DNA of 64,000 bases from an uncultured bacterium. Its GTDB lineage: Bacteria > Atribacterota > Atribacteria > Atribacterales > Caldatribacteriaceae. The notes under the pieces are model-generated. The model was not told the DNA's origin. It worked only from the letters and a program-made list of their open reading frames with translations, and made no database searches. Positions 35,898 through 45,375 of the stretch are shown in pieces. Each line of letters opens with the position of its first letter. The stretch's first letter is position 1. The translations under genes and the position numbers were made by a program. Location: assembly GCA_937922705.1 (NCBI GenBank), contig CALAIW010000003.1, forward strand, positions 57,408 through 121,407, read 5' to 3'.

Positions 35898-36773
35898 ATG
35901 CTACCTCCCCTTACGAGAAACATGAGAAAGCTTAAAAAATCGAAAAAGTGGGTAGCAGCTTTTCCCTTTTTGGCTCCCGCGTTGATTCTAAATATTGGGA
36001 TTATCATGTTGCCATCCATGGCTACTGTTTTTCTGGCTTTTTTCGAGTGGAGTGGACTGGATATCCCCCAGTTTGTAGGCATTAGGAACTTTGTTACCGT
36101 TTTTGCCGATCCACTCTTTTTAAAATCCCTCACACATAATATTGTATGGACAGCTATCTTTATTACCGTACCTGTGGCCATGGGACTTGCTGGAGCAGAG
36201 CTTCTCCGCAGAACCAGAAAAGAACTCTTTCAACCAATCTACTTTTTCCCAGTCATCCTTCCAGTTGTCGTCATTGGCCTTATCTGGCGATACATTTACC
36301 ATCCCACAAGGGGCCTGGGAAAAGTGTTTGGCGTCTCTCCCTTAGGCCAGCCGTCGACAGCGCTTTATGCCATTGCTTTTGCCAACATCTGGGCGTGGTG
36401 GGGTTTTCTCTGCGCGGTTTTCTATAGTGCCACGCAGAGCATATCAAAAGACCTCTATGAAGCAGTAAAACTGGATGGAGCTACAGGGTGGCAAGAATTC
36501 CGGTACATAACCCTGCCTCAAATCGCGCCTACTCTCATCTTTATGGAAGTGATGACGATTATCTGGTCTTTTCAGGTATTCGATTGGATCTGGGTTACCA
36601 CTCAAGGAGGTCCTGCTGGCTCTACAGAGCTTCTGGCTACACTACTCTACAAAAAGGCCTTTTATGCCTATAAGATGGGAGAGGCGTCCGCCATTGGTGT
36701 GCTCATTTCGCTTTTTGGGTTTGCTGGAGTAGGGCTGTATTATTACCTGAGCCAGAAAGGAATGGAGGTATGA
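35898..36773 (+). CDS. Carbohydrate ABC transporter permease (MalF-like)
   Basis: EAA loop DLYEAVKLDGATGWQEFRYITLP. Start set at ATG 35898 (GGGGAGG upstream). Confidence 0.85.
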   Translation: MLPPLTRNMRKLKKSKKWVAAFPFLAPALILNIGIIMLPSMATVFLAFFEWSGLDIPQFVGIRNFVTVFADPLFLKSLTHNIVWTAIFITVPVAMGLAGAELLRRTRKELFQPIYFFPVILPVVVIGLIWRYIYHPTRGLGKVFGVSPLGQPSTALYAIAFANIWAWWGFLCAVFYSATQSISKDLYEAVKLDGATGWQEFRYITLPQIAPTLIFMEVMTIIWSFQVFDWIWVTTQGGPAGSTELLATLLYKKAFYAYKMGEASAIGVLISLFGFAGVGLYYYLSQKGMEV

Positions 36774-37606
36774 ATAGGACGAGAAAATCAAGTTCTACCG
36801 ATTATGTAACGCGATTCGTTCTTCTTTTCCTTGCTCTGTATGCCCTGTTTCCGCTTTACATTGCTGTAAGTGCGTCGCTAAAAAGCCGAGCCGATCTTTT
36901 CGCGAACCCCTTGGGATTGCCAAAAGAACTTTACCTCTCCAATTACGCAAAAGCTTTTGAAACAGGAAACTTAAAACAGGCCTTCTTCAACAGTAGTTTA
37001 CTCGCCGCAGGAACCGTGCTGGGTATTCTCCTCACAGCCATTCCCGCTGCCTATGCACTGGCTAAGATTCCCCTGAAGAGCAACTCGCTTCTTGTGGGGT
37101 ACTATTTCTTCTGCACCACAATTCCACAACAGCTCTTTATTATTCCCCTCTACCTTACCTTCTCCCGTTTTGGTCTTACTAACTCCCTTTTGGGACTTAT
37201 TCTCATTTACATTGCCGTTTTTTCTCCTTTTTCGATTCTTCTTATGCGTTCGTACTTTGTGGGTATACCGAACGAACTCATCGAAGCGGCTCTCATTGAT
37301 GGAGCCTCTATGTTCCAGGCTTTCTGGCGAGTTGTCTTCCCCGTGGCCCGTCCCGGAGTCATCACAACAGTTGTTATCGTATCCATGTGGAGCTGGAACA
37401 ATTTCCTCTTACCTCTAACTTTCCTTAATCAGGAACAGGTTATGCCAGTTACTGTCCGTTTAGGAATGCTCATGGGGAAATGGAGTGCAGCATGGGAACT
37501 CATAATGGCAAGTGCCATAACAGGAGCATTGCCCATCGCCATCCTCTTTGCCCTCTTGCATAGAAGGTTCATAGAGGGCTTAGCGAGTACTGGACTGAAG
37601 GGGTGA
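36770..37606 (+). CDS. Carbohydrate ABC transporter permease (MalG-like)
   Basis: EAA loop ELIEAALIDGASMFQAFWRVVFP. ATGA overlap with the upstream permease. Confidence 0.85.
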   Translation: MNRTRKSSSTDYVTRFVLLFLALYALFPLYIAVSASLKSRADLFANPLGLPKELYLSNYAKAFETGNLKQAFFNSSLLAAGTVLGILLTAIPAAYALAKIPLKSNSLLVGYYFFCTTIPQQLFIIPLYLTFSRFGLTNSLLGLILIYIAVFSPFSILLMRSYFVGIPNELIEAALIDGASMFQAFWRVVFPVARPGVITTVVIVSMWSWNNFLLPLTFLNQEQVMPVTVRLGMLMGKWSAAWELIMASAITGALPIAILFALLHRRFIEGLASTGLKG

Positions 37607-37616
37607 AAGTCTTTAA

Positions 37617-38240
37617 GCGTCATCATATCTTATAATTGAATCTACAATTGACGCCTTCCTTATGGTCTTTATCGCCACCACGGCGGCATATGCTTTTGCT
37701 TTTCTCCGTTTTCCTGGAAGGAAAATTCTTCTCATCGTTCTTATCCTTGGGTTAATGGCTCCAGTAACAGCGCTTATTCTCCCTCTCTACGCCATTATGA
37801 ATAGCTTCGGCCTCGTAAACACATATCTTGCAGTAATAGCGGCAGACCTTGCTTTGGCACTTCCCTTCTTCATCTTTATTGTTAGGGCTTACTTCCTTAA
37901 TGTTCCTGCTGAGCTAAGAGACGCAGCGAAAGTTGATGGTGCGAGCGAGCTGCGGATTTTCTGGAATGTTATGTTCCCATTGGCAAAACCTATGATCGTG
38001 GTAGTAGCACTTCTTGAATTCCTATGGAGTTGGAACGACCTTCTCCTTCGGCTTGTCTTTCTCACTAAGGATCCCCTGCGAACACTTACGGTGGGTCTAC
38101 TCTTCTTCCAAGGCCTCCATACCCATGATCCAGGAGGTTCTGCTGCGGCAGCGCTTATTCTTGCTGGACCAGTCATTGCCCTTTTCCTTGTCTTTCAGCG
38201 GCAGTTTGTTCAAGGGCTTACCCAAGGAGCGTTTAAATGA
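37617..38240 (+). pseudogene. 5'-truncated MalG-like permease remnant (C-terminal ~200 codons only)
   Basis: The frame is open from 37617 (first ATG 37662). It begins inside the region equivalent to TM2/3 (TTAAYAFAFLRFPGRK) and retains the EAA loop ELRDAAKVDGASELRIFWNVMFP. The ~80 N-terminal residues of a normal MalG-type permease are missing. Confidence 0.65.
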
Positions 38241-40993
38241 GGAAGATCGCCATGAGCGAAAAGTTGAAGCCTCAATGTTCTTTGTCTTTCGAAGAATTGC
38301 TCTGTGAGTACAGGCTGAACCCGCTTGGAATAGATACACCTTGCCCGCGATTTTCTTGGAAAGTCTTCACCCCAAAGCGGGGGAGTTATCAGACAGCGTA
38401 CCAGATTCTCGTTTCCAGAACCCTTGAGGCTCTCCAAAGTAACACAGGTGATATGTGGGACTCGGGCAAGGTGGAAGGAAGAGAATCTACAAATATCCCA
38501 TATGCGGGAAAACCCCTAGAGAGCAGAACAAGGTACTATTGGAAAGTCCGAGTTTGGGATGAAGAAGGACTTCCAAGTTCTTACAGCACCCCTGCTTGGT
38601 TTGAAACGGCCTTACTTGCACAGGAAGAGTGGGAAAAAAGCGTATGGATCACCCCACCCCTCGTTTTAGAGAAACCATCTGCACCAATGTTCAGAAAGGA
38701 GTTCTTCCTTGAAAAGAAGCCTATACGAGGGAGGGCGTATATCTCTGGCTTGGGATACTATGAGCTGAGAATAAATGGCCAAAAAGTGGGTGATCATGTG
38801 CTTGATCCCCCTTGGACGGATTATACGAAACGCATTCTCTACACCACTTATGACGTAACGCCGTACCTTCAGGAAGGTTCGAACGTAATTGGAGTCATCT
38901 TAGGAAACGGATGGTTTGCTTACTCTCAAACGGTGATGCATCCCCTCCCGCAATTTATCCTTCAGTTATACATTACCCTCGAAGACGGTGTTGAGAAATG
39001 CATCGTAAGTGATCGGAATTTCTGGGTTTCTGTCAACGGTCCTATAGTTGAAAACAGCATTTACAATGGAGAAACGTATGATGCGCGTCTTGAGAAACCT
39101 GGCTGGGATATGCCTGGTTATAGAATGGACCCAAACGAGTGGTTTCCTTCCATCATCGCCGAACCACCGGGAGGAATTATGGTTGCTCAAATCTTAGAGC
39201 CCATAAAGGTTATACAGGACATAGAGCCGGTGAATATCACTTCCCCGAAACCTGGTATATACGTTTTTGACTTTGGCCAAAATTTCTCAGGCTGGGTACG
39301 GCTTGCAGTCCAAGGTTCTCGAGGTACTAAAGTTACTATGAGGTTCGCTGAACTCCTCTACGAAGATGGAACAGTTAACCAAGAAAACCTTAGAACTGCC
39401 CGAGCTACAGATACCTACATTCTTAAAGGCGAGGGAGTTGAAATTTACGAGCCAAGATTTACTTACCACGGATTCCGGTACGTTCAGGTTGAGGGTTTTC
39501 CCGGGGAACCTACCCACAAGAACGTAATCGGGAGGGTGGTTCGCTCCTCTGTAGAAAGAGTAGGACATTTCCAATGCAGTAACGAAATCCTCAATAAAAT
39601 CCAACACAATGCTTTCTGGACAGAGGCAAACAACCTTCATGGAATCCCAACGGATTGTCCTCAGCGAGACGAGCGACTGGGATGGCTCAACGATATGACC
39701 GTACGGGCTGAAGCCGCTCTCTACAACTTCAATTTGGCTCTTCTCTATACTAAATGGATGGACGATATCAAGGACACCCAGGACCCCACCACTGGAGCCA
39801 TTGCGGACACTGCTCCTTTCAGAAGGTACGGTCGGAAGCCTGCTGACCCTGTGGCAATGAGTTACCTACTCGTACCCTGGCTTCTCTATGTTTTCTATGG
39901 CGATCGTCGCATTTTAGAAAAGCATTATGAGGGTCTTCGGCAATGGATAGCTTATCTTGAGAGGTCTACAGATGAACATGGAATCGTCCAGTACAGTTAC
40001 TATGGCGATTGGGCTCCACCACTCTCTGAAGCAGTACCTGGAAGCATAGGAGCAAGTGCCCTTTCGGCTACAACACCGGGTATTTTCGTTTCTACGTGTC
40101 TCTTTTACTACGGTATCCTCCTTCTCACAAAGATAGCCCGAGTTCTTGGAAGAAAGGAAGAAGAAGGTGCGTACGCTGCGCTTGCTATAAGAATAAAAGA
40201 GGCCATCAATCAAACCTTTTTCAACTGCGAAACGAAAAGGTATGCTACTGGAAGCCAGACCTGTTACGCGCTGCCTCTTTTCCTAGACATTGTGCCTGAA
40301 GAATATAAAAAGGACGTTCTGAAGAACCTTATCGAAGAAATTATGGAAAAGCGAAAGGGGCACTTAGCCACGGGAAACATTGGTTCTAAATACGTTATGG
40401 ACGCACTTACCGAATCAGGTTTTGCCAACGTCGCGTACGTCCTCGCAACGCAGACAACGTATCCAAGCTGGGGATACATGGTGATGCAGGGAGCAACCAC
40501 CATGTGGGAGCGGTGGGAATACGTTACAAGTGGTCCACAAGTTCAAATGGCCTCCCATTGTCACCCCATGAATGCTACAATCAGTGCGTGGTTTTTCAAG
40601 GCCCTTGGTGGTATTATCCCTGACGAAAAAGAACCCGGCTTTGGCCGCGTTACCATCAAACCTTACATTCCTAAAGACTTAGACTTTGTTGATTGCTCCC
40701 TCAAAACCATAAAGGGCCTTGTTCGATCAAGCTGGAGGAAGAACCGGGACAAACTCATTATGAGAATCGCAATTCCCTGGAATGCTACTGCTCAAGTGCA
40801 TATACCTGTAGGCCAGAAGAATTTGCAGAAAGTCACCATTAAGGAAAGCAATTGTGTGATTTGGGAGAAAGGCTGTTACATGGGGAATATTCCTGGAATA
40901 CGAGGGGGAAACACGCAAGGAGACTCCGTCGTGCTTGAGATTGGCTCTGGGGACTATCATTTCGAGATCCTCATGGGAGGCGAAGACAAGTGA
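38237..40993 (+). CDS. Alpha-L-rhamnosidase (GH78)
   Basis: 918 aa. N-terminal family signature CEYRLNPLGIDTPCPRFSWKV...QTAYQILVS...WDSGKV...YYWKVRVWDE. Catalytic (alpha/alpha)6 region with DCPQRDERLGWLND. Confidence 0.88.
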   Translation: MRKIAMSEKLKPQCSLSFEELLCEYRLNPLGIDTPCPRFSWKVFTPKRGSYQTAYQILVSRTLEALQSNTGDMWDSGKVEGRESTNIPYAGKPLESRTRYYWKVRVWDEEGLPSSYSTPAWFETALLAQEEWEKSVWITPPLVLEKPSAPMFRKEFFLEKKPIRGRAYISGLGYYELRINGQKVGDHVLDPPWTDYTKRILYTTYDVTPYLQEGSNVIGVILGNGWFAYSQTVMHPLPQFILQLYITLEDGVEKCIVSDRNFWVSVNGPIVENSIYNGETYDARLEKPGWDMPGYRMDPNEWFPSIIAEPPGGIMVAQILEPIKVIQDIEPVNITSPKPGIYVFDFGQNFSGWVRLAVQGSRGTKVTMRFAELLYEDGTVNQENLRTARATDTYILKGEGVEIYEPRFTYHGFRYVQVEGFPGEPTHKNVIGRVVRSSVERVGHFQCSNEILNKIQHNAFWTEANNLHGIPTDCPQRDERLGWLNDMTVRAEAALYNFNLALLYTKWMDDIKDTQDPTTGAIADTAPFRRYGRKPADPVAMSYLLVPWLLYVFYGDRRILEKHYEGLRQWIAYLERSTDEHGIVQYSYYGDWAPPLSEAVPGSIGASALSATTPGIFVSTCLFYYGILLLTKIARVLGRKEEEGAYAALAIRIKEAINQTFFNCETKRYATGSQTCYALPLFLDIVPEEYKKDVLKNLIEEIMEKRKGHLATGNIGSKYVMDALTESGFANVAYVLATQTTYPSWGYMVMQGATTMWERWEYVTSGPQVQMASHCHPMNATISAWFFKALGGIIPDEKEPGFGRVTIKPYIPKDLDFVDCSLKTIKGLVRSSWRKNRDKLIMRIAIPWNATAQVHIPVGQKNLQKVTIKESNCVIWEKGCYMGNIPGIRGGNTQGDSVVLEIGSGDYHFEILMGGEDK

Positions 40994-41943
40994 AACAATC
41001 TGTTCTTGTTCAACCTCAAAAAAGCGAAGTATGGGAGGTTCCTATACCAGCTATTGGCCCAAGGGATGTCCTCATCCGAGTAAGAGTGTGCGGTGTTTGT
41101 GCTTCGGAACTTCATGGACCCTGGAAAAATCCCCCTTCTTTACCCTGGAAAATGGGCCACGAAGTAGTAGGAGAAGTGGTCGAAGTTGGGGAGGAAGTTA
41201 AGGACTTTCATCCCCAAATGGTGGTTACAGGCCTTGTCTCGCAAGGCTTTGCTGAGTATGCTGTGGCTCCTGAGACCCATCTTGTTCCTGTTCCTGAGGA
41301 GGTGCCTTTCGAATTTGCCCTTGGGGAGCCACTTTCCTGTGTTATTAGCGCAGTAAGGCGAACCCCTCTAGAGCTTGGGGATACGGTAGCCATAGTCGGA
41401 GTTGGTTTCATGGGCTTGCTCACCCTTCAGGCCATTCGTTTCAAGGGACCAGCAAGGATTATCGCCATTGATACTAGAGAAGAGGCTCTCGAGCTTGCAA
41501 AATCTTTAGGAGCCGATGAGGTGTACACACCTCAGGAAATCCCACCCAAGTTAAAGATGGTGCACTGGGAAAACCTGGGGAAAGGTTTCGGAGCAGACGT
41601 TGTGGTGGAAGCCTCAGGGACTCAGAGTGCTTTAACCCTGGCAAGTGAGATTGTCAGAGAACACGGAATCCTCTCTATCGTAGGGTACCACCAGGAGGGT
41701 CCAAGGATTATTGATATGCAACTTTGGAACTGGAAAGCCATAAGTGTCATTAATGCCCACGAAAGGCGAGTTGATTTCCAAATGGATTGTATGCGGAGAG
41801 GCCTTGACCTCCTAAAAGCGGGCAAAATAAGGATGGAACCTCTTATTACCCACAAATACAGCCTCGACCAAGTTGACCAAGCCTTTATTGATCTTGAAAC
41901 AAAACCGAAAGGGTTCATTAAGGGAGTCATTTGTATTGCTTGA
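40990..41943 (+). CDS. Zn-dependent alcohol/sugar dehydrogenase (MDR family)
   Basis: CGVCASELHG and GHEVVGEVVEVG motifs, GVGFMG Rossmann motif. The GTG start overlaps the GH78 stop. Confidence 0.8.
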   Translation: MKQSVLVQPQKSEVWEVPIPAIGPRDVLIRVRVCGVCASELHGPWKNPPSLPWKMGHEVVGEVVEVGEEVKDFHPQMVVTGLVSQGFAEYAVAPETHLVPVPEEVPFEFALGEPLSCVISAVRRTPLELGDTVAIVGVGFMGLLTLQAIRFKGPARIIAIDTREEALELAKSLGADEVYTPQEIPPKLKMVHWENLGKGFGADVVVEASGTQSALTLASEIVREHGILSIVGYHQEGPRIIDMQLWNWKAISVINAHERRVDFQMDCMRRGLDLLKAGKIRMEPLITHKYSLDQVDQAFIDLETKPKGFIKGVICIA

Positions 41944-42040
41944 GAGAAACGTACATGAGCCTCCTCAGTGCCTGGAAAAGAAAACCACTTCTAATCCTCA
42001 CGCCAGAGCAAAAACAAGGAAAGTTCCTGTAATTAAGTTC

Positions 42041-42529
42041 TTACAGAAGTTCAGGTGACGCAAGAAAACGCTCCTGCAGCATCTGCCAAACATCCTTCTC
42101 AATAACCTCGAGATACTTGAGGCGTTCGGCATACTTACCCCCCTCAAAGGGTGTAGTGAGAAAGATATCTACAAGGCGAAGGGCGAGGTCTTCTGGAATG
42201 GTTCGAGCCCCCAAGATGAGGATGTTTGCGTCATTGTGCCGGCGGGCGTATTCAGCAGTAAATTCGTCGAAACAGAGAATGGCCCGAATACCCGGGTACC
42301 GGTTGCTCATGATAGACATGCCACCACCAGTACCACAGATAAGAATACCCCGTTCAGCTCTTCCACTAAGGATCTCGTGGACCACGGCACGGACAAAGGG
42401 GCCTACCCCTGTAGGTTCAGGGCCATAAGCCCCAAGATTGGAGACTTCGTAGTGTTCCTCATAGAGCTTCGCAACAACTTTCTCCTTAAGGACAAAACCG
42501 GCGTGGTCAGAACCAATGGCGATTCTCAT
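42041..42529 (-). CDS. rpiB: Ribose-5-phosphate isomerase B / LacAB-family sugar-phosphate isomerase
   Basis: MRIAIGSDHAGF and ILICGTGGGMSI. 162 aa. Confidence 0.85.
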   Translation of the reverse strand: MRIAIGSDHAGFVLKEKVVAKLYEEHYEVSNLGAYGPEPTGVGPFVRAVVHEILSGRAERGILICGTGGGMSIMSNRYPGIRAILCFDEFTAEYARRHNDANILILGARTIPEDLALRLVDIFLTTPFEGGKYAERLKYLEVIEKDVWQMLQERFLASPELL

Positions 42530-43836
42530 ACCCTAATCCTTTCCTCCTGAGCGACAAGGATATCCTGAATCTTACGAAGCTGAACCACGAAAGAGCTTTC
42601 ATCGAGCTCTACATCCTGATACGTCAGGACCTCACCTTTCCGTACTGGTCGAAGTACCTTTGCTTTCTGAACAATACCTATTGGAACTGCTTGTTTTACT
42701 CGAGCCTCTGCAAAGGCATAGATTTTTCCAAAGACATCGAATCCTCCAATTCCGTCAATGATGTTCCCTGGGGCGAGATCCCGCTTAGCAACAGCAACAA
42801 CCTCTGAATTAAGAGACACAGAATTTATCGTAGGCTCGCCAAAGAGGCACGCTTTTGCTACTGAAATAGGCGTTTCAAAACTGCACAAGTGATACGGGCG
42901 ATACAAGGTGTAGTATGGACCATCGCCCATGGCGTAGAACTTTAGATCCTGCCGAAGATGGGGCACATCTGTGGTGAAAACAACAAAAACTCCTGGAGCA
43001 ACTTTACCCGTTGAATAGTCTACGACAAAATCCTTCTCAAAAAGGCCCCCATCCTTTTTTGGAATGTACACCTTGGCAAGCTCAGGAACATCCACTTTTG
43101 CTCCATGCATTCCTGGAATGTCTGGCAAAGCCCCTGTTGCGTTTGAGACCTCAGCCATTTCAACCATGGTTTTTGTTCCATCAACAAATGCGCAAAGCAT
43201 CTTAGGATTCATCCCTTTATGAAGGGCTTCTTCCCTGCACATATCGGGAGTGGCGAAAAAGTCAACAGGGTTATTTTTCCCTTTCCCGATACAGACGACC
43301 TGAAACCCCAAGACCCTCGCAAAACGGTAAAGGTCAATAACAGCACCAGGCTCATCCCCTGCGGAAACGGTGTACACAACTCCTGCCTTGTCCGCAACGC
43401 GCTTCAAAAGCCACCCCACAGTGACATCTGTTTCAACATTAAGCATAACGATATTCTTGCCATTGAGGATACTTTCCCAAGCCACTTGAGCACCAACTTC
43501 AGGCGAACCAGTCGCCTCAACAAGAGCAGACAGGGCTGCGATTTTGGGGAGAAGCAAGCTTACAGGGGTTACTACAACCCGACCCTTTTCTAGGGCTTCT
43601 TGAGCTTCTTGTACGCGCTCGGTAACAACAATATCCTCGTCTCCATAACCAACTTCTTTGAAGGCTTTTACGCCCCGCTCGACCTCAAGATCAGCAATGG
43701 CTGTAATTCGAAGGCCGGGCATTTTGTACGTTAGGTTCACCATGCCACTTCCCATCTGTCCACAACCTACAAGGCCAACTTGAATGTGCCGCTTCTCCGC
43801 CTCTCGCTTTTCAAGTTCTTGCAAAAGCCTGTACAC
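42526..43836 (-). CDS. NAD(P)-binding oxidoreductase with C-terminal SAF-like domain (COG4091, predicted homoserine-dehydrogenase-like)
   Basis: Rossmann motif VGLVGCGQMGSGMV. Overall length and layout recalled from COG4091. No specific function is known to me. Confidence 0.55.
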   Translation of the reverse strand: MYRLLQELEKREAEKRHIQVGLVGCGQMGSGMVNLTYKMPGLRITAIADLEVERGVKAFKEVGYGDEDIVVTERVQEAQEALEKGRVVVTPVSLLLPKIAALSALVEATGSPEVGAQVAWESILNGKNIVMLNVETDVTVGWLLKRVADKAGVVYTVSAGDEPGAVIDLYRFARVLGFQVVCIGKGKNNPVDFFATPDMCREEALHKGMNPKMLCAFVDGTKTMVEMAEVSNATGALPDIPGMHGAKVDVPELAKVYIPKKDGGLFEKDFVVDYSTGKVAPGVFVVFTTDVPHLRQDLKFYAMGDGPYYTLYRPYHLCSFETPISVAKACLFGEPTINSVSLNSEVVAVAKRDLAPGNIIDGIGGFDVFGKIYAFAEARVKQAVPIGIVQKAKVLRPVRKGEVLTYQDVELDESSFVVQLRKIQDILVAQEERIRV

Positions 43837-43850
43837 AGTGACACCCCTTC

Positions 43851-45374
43851 CTACCTGATACGATGGTTAATTGCTCGCAAAGCACCATACAAATCCCGAT
43901 ATATCGAGAACCGCTCCTTGTAAACCTCATGTCGATTTCTGTCTGGTTCCCAAACGTTCCTTACCCGAACCATGCTCTTAACCGCGTCTTCGGGTGAAGC
44001 ATACCCACCACTCCCACAGGCTGCAAGGATAGCAGCACCAAGGACACTGGCATCTTCACATGCAAGGGTAACCACTGGCTTACCAAAAATGTCCGCTCGA
44101 ATCTGAAGCCACAAGGGAGAACGAGAACAACCACCAGTCACTCGAATCTCTCTAAAGGTTACCCCCTGTGCCTCAAACAACTCAACGTTGAGTTTCTGTT
44201 CAAACACCACACTCTCAAGAATCGCTCGAATGACTTCTCCTTCTGTTGTTGAGAGAGTTATCCCCACAAAAGCTGCCTTTGAAGAAGAGTCAATCCAGGG
44301 AGTTCCACTGCCCACAAGATGAGGCAAGGCAAGTATGCGTGAGGGCTCGGGAGAAGCCCTTTCAATAAGAACCTCGTACGGATCACGGCTTGGATACCTT
44401 GCAACAAGGTGCTGCCCTAGGGTGTCTCGATACCAGCGGAGGAAAAGTCCCGCAGTCTGGTTCAGTGTCGCAAGGAGAAACTTTTCCGGTAAGACATGGT
44501 TGTAGCAGGAAAAGGTTTGGGGTTGCATCCGAAGCACAAGACTCCCATCGTCTACCGGGACACCAAAAACCTCAGCTGTCCCAGCGTTGTCAAAGGCAAT
44601 ATCCTGTGTTGTAGACCCTGCACCAAGAGCAGCACAACACTGATCATGCCCTCCAGTAACCAGCTTCAAGGACTCTGGAAGACCTAAGGATACCGCAACG
44701 TCTCTGCAAATGGTTCCAACAACTTGTCCAGAAGGGAAAGGGGTGGCAAGCTGTGACGGAGAGAGACCAATGTATTCCAAAATTTCTTGAACCCATTGCT
44801 TCGTATGGCGATTAAAAAGGAGAGTTTTACTTGCCATAGAGTAATCGATAGCAGCGCATCTCCCAAGCTTCCAGAGAATGAAATCCTCATAGCAGAAAAT
44901 TCGTGTGCTTTTTGTGAATACCTCTGGTTCGTTTTTGCGTACCCAAAGTATCTTCGCAGCGCTTGTGAGGGGATGCACCGGAACACCAGCCATGTCAAGG
45001 AGCGACTCTGCCCCAAATCGCTCTCCAAGCTCCTCGCTTTCCCTTTTTGCTCGCATATCCATTCCCAAAATGGCAGGACGAAGCACACGACCTTCTGCGT
45101 CAAGGAAAATCACCGCCTCTCCTTGCGCAGAAACAGCAAGAGCCTCTGGCTGTACCTTTCCTTTCTGAGCAACTTCAAAAAGTACATCTTGTACAGCTTG
45201 CCAGACCTCTTCTGGATTTTGCTCTGCCCATCCTGGAACGGTACTCGTGTATCCATACTCTCGAGAGGCCCTGCAAATAGGGTTACCCTCTTGGTCGAAA
45301 ATCGTGGCTTTGCAACGAGTTGTACCAACATCAAGACCGATATAATACACTTCTTTCCCTCCCTTCAGCTCCAT
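43851..45374 (-). CDS. FGGY-family carbohydrate kinase (B)
   Basis: YIGLDVGTTRCKATIFD...GWAEQNPEEVW and C-terminal TGGCSRSPLWLQIRADI. Start set at ATG 45374, 1 nt after the upstream stop. Confidence 0.85.
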   Translation of the reverse strand: MELKGGKEVYYIGLDVGTTRCKATIFDQEGNPICRASREYGYTSTVPGWAEQNPEEVWQAVQDVLFEVAQKGKVQPEALAVSAQGEAVIFLDAEGRVLRPAILGMDMRAKRESEELGERFGAESLLDMAGVPVHPLTSAAKILWVRKNEPEVFTKSTRIFCYEDFILWKLGRCAAIDYSMASKTLLFNRHTKQWVQEILEYIGLSPSQLATPFPSGQVVGTICRDVAVSLGLPESLKLVTGGHDQCCAALGAGSTTQDIAFDNAGTAEVFGVPVDDGSLVLRMQPQTFSCYNHVLPEKFLLATLNQTAGLFLRWYRDTLGQHLVARYPSRDPYEVLIERASPEPSRILALPHLVGSGTPWIDSSSKAAFVGITLSTTEGEVIRAILESVVFEQKLNVELFEAQGVTFREIRVTGGCSRSPLWLQIRADIFGKPVVTLACEDASVLGAAILAACGSGGYASPEDAVKSMVRVRNVWEPDRNRHEVYKERFSIYRDLYGALRAINHRIR

Positions 45375-45375
45375 C

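Noticed and set aside
34913-36181. 422-aa ORF on the minus strand spanning the SBP/permease boundary
   Set aside because: Over the SBP gene it lies codon-for-codon antisense to a well-supported gene. It has no recognisable domains, is Cys/His/Phe/Arg-rich with low complexity, and has no SD. It is a shadow ORF that arises because the sense genes rarely use TTA/CTA/TCA codons.
37662-38240. Treating the 192-aa ORF as a functional small membrane protein
   Set aside because: It aligns with only the C-terminal two thirds of the neighbouring MalG-type permease, the frame is open upstream of its ATG without an SD, and a complete MalF/MalG pair already precedes it. It is therefore called a remnant, although translation has not been excluded.
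42027-42046. Inverted repeat CTGTAA-N8-TTACAG at the convergent ADH/rpiB junction, superficially similar to the TTTGTAA-N7-TTACAAA operator
   Set aside because: It has only 6-bp AT-rich arms with different spacing. It overlaps the rpiB stop codon, is not in a promoter context, and is too weak to be a terminator in a likely thermophile.
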